Shown here: positions 1 to 6,524 of the stretch, piece after piece
Position numbering within the stretch: the stretch's first letter is position 1
Layout: the number at the start of each line of letters is the position of its first letter
Source: a bacterium
GTDB lineage: Bacteria; Patescibacteriota; Minisyncoccia; UBA6257; JACOXY01
Length of the DNA: 41,035 bases
Direction: 5' to 3'
Assembly (NCBI GenBank): GCA_030680955.1
Contig: JAUXUB010000016.1
Location: forward strand, 1 to 41,035
The notes under the pieces: generated by a model
Database searches by the model: none
What the model saw: the letters and a program-made list of their open reading frames with translations, nothing else
Told to the model about the DNA's origin: nothing
Position numbers and translations under genes: made by a program

Positions 1-754
1 TGTATGATTTACCAGCGCCCGCCTTTGCAAATACTACTTGATTTGCATTTTCAAGCGAGAAGCGATCAAAAATAACTAAGCTGTTGTTGTGCATGTTTAC
101 GCCATACATTACGCCCCTGTCGGACGTAAGGTCGGGTGAGACAAACGGGAAGAGCGAGGATGCGGGGCCGGAGTTGAGAGGCGTGTGTGTTTCAAGTTTG
201 TCGGTGCAAAGCGGAAGCACAGAATCAAAGCCCTCCATCTGTTTAAAGAGCGCCGGCTTTATATAGACCAACTTACTCTGAAGTATTGATTCTATCTGCG
301 CTTCAAGTTTTGCAAGCGCGTCCAGACTTTGTCCATAGAGGGTTATATACACACCAACCTTGAAAAGTTTTTCTCTCGCCTGCATCAAAGAATCGCGCAA
401 ACTTTCAATATCCTGATATGCCGTTTCAAGCAACGGGTCGCGAACCATTCCTTTTGTTGATTTTTCATCCATTTCTGATTGGACCTGCGCAACCTTCTTC
501 TGCAAGTTGCGAAGCGCGCCCGCAGTTTCCATGGGATGTATGAAAATAGAGATATCCATCATCTCGGAAAGATTGATGATGGGAGAGAACCATCCCGACG
601 CGACAAAACGCGGATACGTAAAAATAAAAACAGTTTTTACGAAATAATCACCGAGTTTCAGATAATTTGGGCTTACCTCAAGACCTGAGGGCGCGACGAT
701 ATTTGGAAGGTCGCCAGGCGAGGGTTTGTAGGTTTGTGGAATCTGTATCTTCAT
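1..754 (-). CDS. VirB4/TrbE-like type IV secretion or conjugation ATPase, N-terminal part (3' end runs off the window)
   Basis: Absent from the ORF track because no stop lies inside the window. Manual minus-strand translation from ATG 754-752 gives MKIQIPQTYKPSPGDLPNIVAPSGLEVSPNYLKLGDYFVKTVFIFTYPRFVASGWFSPIIN...SLVIFDRFSLENANQVVFAKAGAGKSY. It is open for all 251 codons and ends in a Walker A (GAGKS) at the window edge. Visibly more G+C-rich than neighbouring DNA. Confidence 0.7.
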   Translation of the reverse strand, partial: MKIQIPQTYKPSPGDLPNIVAPSGLEVSPNYLKLGDYFVKTVFIFTYPRFVASGWFSPIINLSEMMDISIFIHPMETAGALRNLQKKVAQVQSEMDEKSTKGMVRDPLLETAYQDIESLRDSLMQAREKLFKVGVYITLYGQSLDALAKLEAQIESILQSKLVYIKPALFKQMEGFDSVLPLCTDKLETHTPLNSGPASSLFPFVSPDLTSDRGVMYGVNMHNNSLVIFDRFSLENANQVVFAKAGAGKSY

Positions 755-873
755 CCCGTTAGAGATAGGACGCAGACGCGGTAAGCATCTTGCATACTAT
801 ATTGTTATTTAATAATTCCGACTTTTTTATGTAAATCATATATTTTGTTATGCGTCCGCGATCTCTAACGGGA
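754..873. mobile_element. MITE-like element, CCCGTTAGA-TIR family, copy 1a
   Basis: TIRs are TCCCGTTAGAGATAGGACGCAGACGCG and GCGTCCGCGATCTCTAACGGGA, with an AT-rich core. Direct TTCA lies at 750-753 and 874-877. The first base is the A of the virB4-like ATG. Confidence 0.8.
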
Positions 874-877
874 TTCA

Positions 878-1100
878 TCCCGTTAGAGATAGTTCCCGTT
901 AGAAATTTTACCCACCGACACAATAGGTAAATAAATATACTTAACTTTTTTTAATATCTTAAACATATTTTTATATTTTCAAATTTCTAACGGGATAGAT
1001 CGTGTATGTCACTAACACGATATCTTTATATTTATTAATTATAATTTTTGTAATACTTAACCCGTTAAAAAATCCACAGCGACCGCGATCTCTAACGGGA
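878..1100. mobile_element. MITE-like element, same family, copy 1b, in tandem with 1a and carrying a nested element
   Basis: Starts TCCCGTTAGAGATAG and ends CGCGATCTCTAACGGGA. TTCA lies at 874-877 and 1101-1104. Confidence 0.75.
895..994. mobile_element. 100-bp inner element (short CCCGTTAGAAATTT TIRs) nested in copy 1b
   Basis: Ends are CCCGTTAGAAATTTTACCCACCGACA and CAAATTTCTAACGGG, with ATAG on both sides. It is homologous to 38572-38671. Confidence 0.65.
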
Positions 1101-1190
1101 TTCATGATAATAATTTAATTCATTAATATTTTTCGACTATGTGGTTATTATAACACCATATATAAAATTGTTCCTATAGCGACTTATTGA

Positions 1191-1344
1191 CACCATCCTC
1201 AATTAACCCCTTCCTATAAGACTTTTGTCATTGCGAGGGCGAAGCCCGCGGCAATCCAAGAAATAATGAGATAAATCTGGATTGCTTCGTCGTTCCTCCT
1301 CGCAAAGACGAGATTAAAAGAGTAATGGTTAATTGGGGATGGTA
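1191..1344 (+). mobile_element. 154-bp multi-hairpin MITE, copy 1 (orientation A)
   Basis: CACCATCCTCAATTAACC...GTCATTGCGAGGGCGAAGCCCGCGGCAATCC...CTGGATTGCTTCGTCGTTCCTCCTCGCAAAGACGAG...GGTTAATTGGGGATGGTA. About 90 percent or more identical by eye to the three other copies. Confidence 0.85.
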
Positions 1345-1352
1345 TGATTAGC

Positions 1353-1380
1353 AAAAAAAGAGCTCAGTTTACGAGCTCTT
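1353..1380 (-). terminator. Rho-independent terminator of ORF 1369-1764
   Basis: The minus strand reads AAGAGCTC-GTAAACT-GAGCTCTT followed by TTTTTTT. The stem overlaps the stop codon. Confidence 0.7.
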
Positions 1381-1764
1381 ATCCCAATTTGCTATAAAAA
1401 CAATTTTAAAACGCTCAACGCTATAATTTTTTACTTCTTTGGTAATTCTATGTCCATAATTATGTAGGACACTTAGAATTTCGCTTATTAATCTATATTT
1501 TTTTGCCTTTTCTTCTGAAGTAATACAATTTGAATTAATTTTTAGCGAGTAGATGGGGGTAGAAAGTTGCTTCTTAAAAACTGCTTTCTGAATTTTGATT
1601 CGTATTCTATGAAGTTCTTTTTTAAGATTTCTTTTCAGCCATTCTGCCTTTCTTATTTTCGATTTCTCCTCTGTGGGCATAATAGCGTTAATTTTTGTCT
1701 TTTTTAAATTTGTTGCTGGTCTATCTACTAATTTAGACTTCACTGGTTTGTCTCCTCGCATCAA
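1369..1764 (-). CDS. Hypothetical highly basic protein (131 aa) bracketed by inverted copies of the 154-bp MITE
   Basis: The ORF has its own terminator. It is Lys/Arg-rich and I recognise no family. The start is TTG 1764 or ATG 1761. Confidence 0.5.
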   Translation of the reverse strand: MMRGDKPVKSKLVDRPATNLKKTKINAIMPTEEKSKIRKAEWLKRNLKKELHRIRIKIQKAVFKKQLSTPIYSLKINSNCITSEEKAKKYRLISEILSVLHNYGHRITKEVKNYSVERFKIVFIANWDKSS

Positions 1765-1810
1765 GTTCTTCCCAGTTTATAACATATATTTTATCGTTTA
1801 GCAAATATAA

Positions 1811-1964
1811 TACCATCCCCAATTAACCACTACTCTTTTAACCTCGTCTTTGCGAGGAGGAACGACGAAGCAATCCAGATTTATCCCGTTAATTTCTGGA
1901 TTGCCGCGGGCTTCGCCCTCGCAATGACAGAAGTCTTATAGGAAGTGGTTAATTGAGGATGGTA
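1811..1964 (-). mobile_element. 154-bp multi-hairpin MITE, copy 2 (orientation B)
   Basis: Reverse complement of the copy 1/3 consensus: TACCATCCCCAATTAACC...GGTTAATTGAGGATGGTA. TA is present at both ends. Confidence 0.85.
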
Positions 1965-1968
1965 TAAT
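1960..1968 (+). promoter_or_regulatory. Extended -10 box TGGTATAAT formed at the MITE copy 2 right junction, upstream of valS
   Basis: GGATGG|TA|TAAT matches the TGnTATAAT consensus, 55 nt before the valS GTG start. The same 9-mer occurs at 4366, 5344 and 12023. Confidence 0.5.
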
Positions 1969-2023
1969 TTTAAATATAAATTAAATACTTGATAAAATGC
2001 TCGCGGAATGGAATGATTAGTAA

Positions 2024-4216
2024 GTGCTAAAGGAATTGCCATCGGAGTACAATCCAAAAGAATACGAAGAAAAGATGTACAAACTCTGGGAAGACAGTGG
2101 TTTTTTTAATCCAGACAATTTACCTAAAGTTTCAAAACAAAAAAACTTTAGTATCATAATGCCGCCACCTAATGCAAATGGAGCGCTCCATATGGGGCAT
2201 GCGCTTTTTGTAACTTTACAAGACATAATGATTCGATATAAAAGAATGCAGGGATATAAAACACTATGGCTTCCAGGGGCAGATCATGCCGGTTTTGAAA
2301 CTCAAGTTGTTTACCAAAAGAAACTAGAAAAAGAAGGACGGTCTTTTTGGGAAGTGCCAAAAGATAAACTTTACGAGGAAATTTTAGCTTTTACACTAGA
2401 GAATAAAAAACATATGGAAAGCCAGCTTAGGCAACTTGGTGCTTCCTGTGATTGGGGAAGAGAGAAATTCACGCTAGACGATGATATTAAAAAAATAGTT
2501 TATGAAACATTTAAAAAACTTTATGATGACAATTTAGTATATAAAGCGGAGCGCCCTGTAAATTGGTGTACCAGACACCAAACAACCTTATCTGATTTAG
2601 AAATAAAGCACGAGGAGCGAAAAGATAAATTATTTTATGTTCGTTACAAATTTGAAAATTCTGAAGATTATATAGTTGTTGCTACAACAAGACCAGAAAC
2701 AATTCCGGCAGATATTGCGATCGCTGTAAACCCAAAATCAAAATGGAATAAATATGTTGGTAAGAAAGTTTTAAATCCACTTACTCAAGAGGCAATCTTG
2801 ATTATTAGCGATAAGCGCGTAGAAATTTCATTCGGAACTGGTGCGCTTAAAATAACGCCATATCACGACGCGTTAGACTTTGAAATATATAAGGATCATC
2901 CCGAACTACCAGCTTCAAAAAGTGTTATTAATAAATTTGGAGCAATAGAAAATTCTGGGACTAAACTTGATGGATTAAAAATATTGCCAGCAAGAGAAAA
3001 GTCTATAGAAATTTTAAAATTTTCACTAGACAAAGAACCAGAAGATTATGTTCACCAAGTTAGTATTTGCTACAAGTGCAATACTTTAATTGAACCAAGA
3101 ATAATGAATCAGTGGTTTATTAAGACCACCGAAAAATCAAAAACTGGTAGTAAATCTCTAAGAGACCTCGCGATAGATGCAGTAAAGACAAAAAAAGTAA
3201 AATTTGTAACAAAGAAGTTTGAAAAGATTTTCATGCATTGGATGAAGAATCTACGAGATTGGAATATATCTAGGCAAATTGTATGGGGTATTAAAATTCC
3301 AGCTTGGTATCATGAACCAATATGCATACCAAAAAAAGGCCACGAAGGTGATGTGGTGAAATGTAATGAAATTATAATTTCGATGGATGAACCAATATGC
3401 GAGTTTTGCGATGCAAAATTTATACAAGAGTCTGATGTTTTTGATACTTGGTTTTCTTCAGGTCAATGGCCATTCGCATCACTAATGTCCACTCATAATA
3501 AAAATGATTTTAAAGATTTTTATCCAACTGATGTGATGGAAACTGGATGGGATATTTTATTCTTTTGGATAGCAAGAATGATAATGTTGGGAACATACAA
3601 AACAGGTAAAGTGCCTTTCAAAACTGTTTACCTTCATGGGTTGGTTCGCGACAAAGACCGACAAAAAATGTCTAAATCTAAGGGCAATGTTATTGACCCT
3701 CTTGGTGTAGCAGATATTTATGGTGCAGATGCCATAAGAATGTCGCTTGTTGTTGGAACTGCTCCAGGAAATGACCCCGTTATTTCTGAAGATAAAATAC
3801 GCGGTTATAGGAATTTTGCAACAAAAATTTGGAATGCTACAAGACTAATAACAATGCGTGGGTCAAGCACGATTCCAGAAAAACCTAATTATACGAACGA
3901 AGATAAAAAAACACTAAAAGAATTTGAAAAATTCAAAAAAACAGTTATTAAAGATATGGATGCCTATCGCTTTCACGAAGCTTCAAATAAAATTTATCAT
4001 TATTTCTGGCATACTTTTGCCGACAAAATTCTTGAATCATCAAAAGCGCGCTTGCAAGATGAAAATAAAAAAGTTAAAGAAACCGCAACGGCATTTCTCA
4101 TTAAACTCTTAACAGAGCAATTAAAGCTTCTACATCCATTTATGCCTTTTGTAACAGAAGCTATTTGGCAAGAATTATATGGTGGAAAGAAAATATTAAT
4201 GGTGGAAAAATTGTGA
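2024..4216 (+). CDS. valS: Valine--tRNA ligase
   Basis: Class I motifs are present: PPPNANGALHMGH (HIGH) and KMSKSKGN (KMSKS). A CP1 editing region and an anticodon-binding domain are also present. GTG start, TGA stop. At 730 aa there is no C-terminal coiled-coil extension. Confidence 0.95.
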   Translation: MLKELPSEYNPKEYEEKMYKLWEDSGFFNPDNLPKVSKQKNFSIIMPPPNANGALHMGHALFVTLQDIMIRYKRMQGYKTLWLPGADHAGFETQVVYQKKLEKEGRSFWEVPKDKLYEEILAFTLENKKHMESQLRQLGASCDWGREKFTLDDDIKKIVYETFKKLYDDNLVYKAERPVNWCTRHQTTLSDLEIKHEERKDKLFYVRYKFENSEDYIVVATTRPETIPADIAIAVNPKSKWNKYVGKKVLNPLTQEAILIISDKRVEISFGTGALKITPYHDALDFEIYKDHPELPASKSVINKFGAIENSGTKLDGLKILPAREKSIEILKFSLDKEPEDYVHQVSICYKCNTLIEPRIMNQWFIKTTEKSKTGSKSLRDLAIDAVKTKKVKFVTKKFEKIFMHWMKNLRDWNISRQIVWGIKIPAWYHEPICIPKKGHEGDVVKCNEIIISMDEPICEFCDAKFIQESDVFDTWFSSGQWPFASLMSTHNKNDFKDFYPTDVMETGWDILFFWIARMIMLGTYKTGKVPFKTVYLHGLVRDKDRQKMSKSKGNVIDPLGVADIYGADAIRMSLVVGTAPGNDPVISEDKIRGYRNFATKIWNATRLITMRGSSTIPEKPNYTNEDKKTLKEFEKFKKTVIKDMDAYRFHEASNKIYHYFWHTFADKILESSKARLQDENKKVKETATAFLIKLLTEQLKLLHPFMPFVTEAIWQELYGGKKILMVEKL

Positions 4217-4370
4217 TACCATCCTCAATTAACCACTTCCTATAAGATTTTTGTCATTGCGAGGGCGAAGCCCGCGGCAATCTAGAAAAAAACGGGATAA
4301 ATCTGGATTGCTTCGTCGTTCCTCCTCGCAAAGACGAAGTTAAAAGAATAGTGGTTAATTGGGGATGGTA
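4217..4370 (+). mobile_element. 154-bp multi-hairpin MITE, copy 3 (orientation A)
   Basis: It begins immediately after the valS TGA and has TA at both ends. Confidence 0.85.
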
Positions 4371-4374
4371 TAAT
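4366..4374 (+). promoter_or_regulatory. TGGTATAAT at the MITE copy 3 right junction, facing the prsW-like gene
   Basis: Same junction sequence as at 1960 and 12023. It lies about 210 nt upstream of ATG 4585. Confidence 0.35.
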
Positions 4375-4446
4375 TTTAAGTGAAAATATTATTACAAATA
4401 AAAATAAGGAGAATAGACCTTTTGCACAATTATATTCGTAACGAGA

Positions 4447-4542
4447 TTTTCAAATTTGAGGCGAAGCGAAGTGAAAATTTTGAAGCATATACAAGAGTAT
4501 ATGTTGATAAATTTTCACAAAGTCGTAGCCCAAATTTGGAAA
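4447..4542. repeat. Long imperfect palindrome in the prsW-like leader
   Basis: The inner hairpin is perfect: GTGAAAATTT (4471-4480) / AAATTTTCAC (4509-4518), enclosing CATATAC/GTATATG. The outer arms are TTTTCAAATTTGAGG / CCCAAATTTGGAAA. Confidence 0.45.
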
Positions 4543-4584
4543 TTATAGTAGAATATAATTGTACATAAGGTCTAAAATAAAGAA

Positions 4585-5328
4585 ATGGCATTTATACTTT
4601 TACTCTTTGGTTTGCTTCCCGGTTTTGTTTGGCTAATTTTTTATATTGAAGAAGATACAGACTCCGAACCAAAAAAGGAGATCCTCTTAGCATTTATCGC
4701 AGGATTTGCAATTACTATCGTAGTTCTATTTGTTCAAACTGCTTTTGCTTTTATTGCGTCTTATGTACATATTGCCGATTATTCCTTGTTGTCATTTCTA
4801 GGGCTCGCGGCTATAGAAGAATTCTTTAAATTTGCGGCGGCCTATCTTGTAGTATCAAGAAGTAAGTATTTTGATATACCAATAGACGCTATGATTTATA
4901 TGATAGTTGTGGCACTTGGATTTGCAACACTAGAGAATATTTTTGCAATAAGAGGAGAATTTAATAATACTGCCCTGCTATCGACGGCGGCAGAGACGGC
5001 CACCTTGCGATTCGTTGGTGCAACACTTCTACATACTTTATCTTCTGCCATAGTTGGTTATTACTGGGCAAAAGCAATATTGCATGGCAGATTTTTATAC
5101 AACATTTCAATAGGATTAGTTATTGCCACCATTTTACATACCTCATTTAATTGCCTTATTTCATCCGGGTGCACAAGTTTTTCGCGTGAATCCCCTATTA
5201 CATACACAGTTCTCCTGCTTATTTTTGCTGGTTTCTTTGTGCTAAATGATTTTGAAAAACTCAAACACCCAGAAAAAAATACTGCGCCATTTTTTAAGAA
5301 AAGAGAAAAAGCGGAACAGGTTGCGTAA
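4585..5328 (+). CDS. PrsW-family intramembrane protease (multi-pass membrane protein)
   Basis: Several TM segments plus AAIEEFFKFAA (EExxK-like), GFATLENI and HTLSSAIVG motifs, as in PrsW/CPBP-type proteases. Confidence 0.65.
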   Translation: MAFILLLFGLLPGFVWLIFYIEEDTDSEPKKEILLAFIAGFAITIVVLFVQTAFAFIASYVHIADYSLLSFLGLAAIEEFFKFAAAYLVVSRSKYFDIPIDAMIYMIVVALGFATLENIFAIRGEFNNTALLSTAAETATLRFVGATLLHTLSSAIVGYYWAKAILHGRFLYNISIGLVIATILHTSFNCLISSGCTSFSRESPITYTVLLLIFAGFFVLNDFEKLKHPEKNTAPFFKKREKAEQVA

Positions 5329-5343
5329 TTTATATATGAGTTG

Positions 5344-5352
5344 TGGTATAAT
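5344..5352 (+). promoter_or_regulatory. Extended -10 promoter element TGGTATAAT upstream of hsp20
   Basis: GTTGTGGTATAATAAATG. It implies a leader of about 115 nt before ATG 5474. Confidence 0.5.
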
Positions 5353-5473
5353 AAATGTAATATTAAATACTGCTAATTGAATCTCGAATTACAATCTCGA
5401 ATAATCTCAAATTAGAAATTCATATTTGAGAAAATTAGCGATAACTATTAGAGAATAAATTAGCGATAAAACA

Positions 5474-5941
5474 ATGGATGATGAAACAAAAAAATTCTTT
5501 GGAGAATTATCTCACGAGATGAATAGTGACGAGCCAGAAGTAGAACTTGCGCGTTCCAGCAGTTCGGCTATTTCAAGACGTGCCACTGCTAAAGACATTG
5601 CCGCAGAAGCCGAAGGACAACTAACGATAGATGTTCACCAAACACCAACGCATATTATAGTAGAATCAACAATTGCTGGCGTTAAAGAAGATGATTTAGA
5701 TATTGAGATTACATCCGAATCGGTAACAATTCGCGGATCCCGCGAACACGAAGAAGAAGTTGATGACAGTGATTATATTTATCAAGAATGTTTTTGGGGG
5801 CGTTTCTCTAGGTCAATTATATTGCCACAAGAGATTGATCCAGACAGAACTGAAGCAACTTTAAAAAATGGTGTATTGAAAATTAAACTTCCCAAAGTTA
5901 ATAAGGAACGAAGCAAGAAGGTAAAAGTGAGTTTTGTGTAA
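5474..5941 (+). CDS. Hsp20/alpha-crystallin family small heat shock protein
   Basis: Alpha-crystallin domain: ...VESTIAGVKEDDLDIEITSESVTIRGSRE...FSRSIILPQEIDPDRTEATLKNGVLKIKLPK. Confidence 0.9.
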   Translation: MDDETKKFFGELSHEMNSDEPEVELARSSSSAISRRATAKDIAAEAEGQLTIDVHQTPTHIIVESTIAGVKEDDLDIEITSESVTIRGSREHEEEVDDSDYIYQECFWGRFSRSIILPQEIDPDRTEATLKNGVLKIKLPKVNKERSKKVKVSFV

Positions 5942-5975
5942 TATATTAGGCCTTTTCCATAATTAAAAATGAAAA

Positions 5976-6004
5976 TCCCCGATTAAGTTCGGGGAATTTT
6001 TATT
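5976..6004 (+). terminator. Rho-independent terminator after hsp20
   Basis: TCCCCGA-TTAAGT-TCGGGGA followed by ATTTTTATTT. Confidence 0.75.
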
Positions 6005-6039
6005 TACAAAATAGATAATTATTCTTTTTATAAATACTC

Positions 6040-6327
6040 TTAATCTATTAGGGTTTTATCTTTAACTGCGTCTAAGTTGTAATCGACACATTTATAACAA
6101 ATAGAGCCAGGGTATATTAACTCACTTCTACATTTATTGCAAAAATATATATCATTATAAATCTTTATGTGATCGGTAGAGCAACAAGGGTTAAATTCCT
6201 CCCTTAGGTCTCCATCACCTACCAATATAAAAATTCTACAATTTGGAATTTTGCAGTGATAATGTGGTAGTTTATAGTTGCAATTAGTAGCAATGCAATC
6301 GTATCCAAGCACTTGTTTTACTTTCAA
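6040..6327 (-). CDS. Cys-rich small protein (several CxxC pairs, probable zinc-ribbon protein)
   Basis: 95 aa containing CIATNC, CKIPNC, CNKC and CYKC. No family recognised. Confidence 0.45.
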   Translation of the reverse strand: MKVKQVLGYDCIATNCNYKLPHYHCKIPNCRIFILVGDGDLREEFNPCCSTDHIKIYNDIYFCNKCRSELIYPGSICYKCVDYNLDAVKDKTLID

Positions 6328-6457
6328 AATAACCTCCTTTTTCTTATAAATTACTAGGGCTATTATAACAGATTTTTTAAATATAACAAGTTTCTAAATG
6401 AATAATCGTTAAGCCTTTACTGTCAAGCAGTGAGCAAATATTAGACCTTATGTGATT

Positions 6458-6493
6458 AAAAAAATAAAAATCCCCTACCAATTAAGGTGGGGG
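6458..6493 (-). terminator. Rho-independent terminator of the SGNH hydrolase gene
   Basis: The minus strand reads CCCCCACC-TTAATT-GGTAGGGG followed by ATTTTTATTTTTT. Confidence 0.65.
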
Positions 6494-6524
6494 TATCTAA
6501 AAGTCTATTATTAAGGAGTTTAGA

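Noticed and set aside
754-1100. CRISPR array, because CCCGTTAGA-containing sequences recur several times within 350 bp
   Set aside because: The recurring units are inverted, not direct, and are irregularly spaced. They are bounded by TTCA duplications and recur as single units at distant loci. This is transposable-element architecture, and no cas genes are present.
4214-4370. valS truncated by the MITE inserted right after its TGA
   Set aside because: The element is flanked by TA on both sides, and removing it leaves ...TTGTGA-TA-TAATTTT, so the TGA belongs to the pre-insertion sequence. The short C-terminus (no coiled-coil) cannot be attributed to the insertion from this window.
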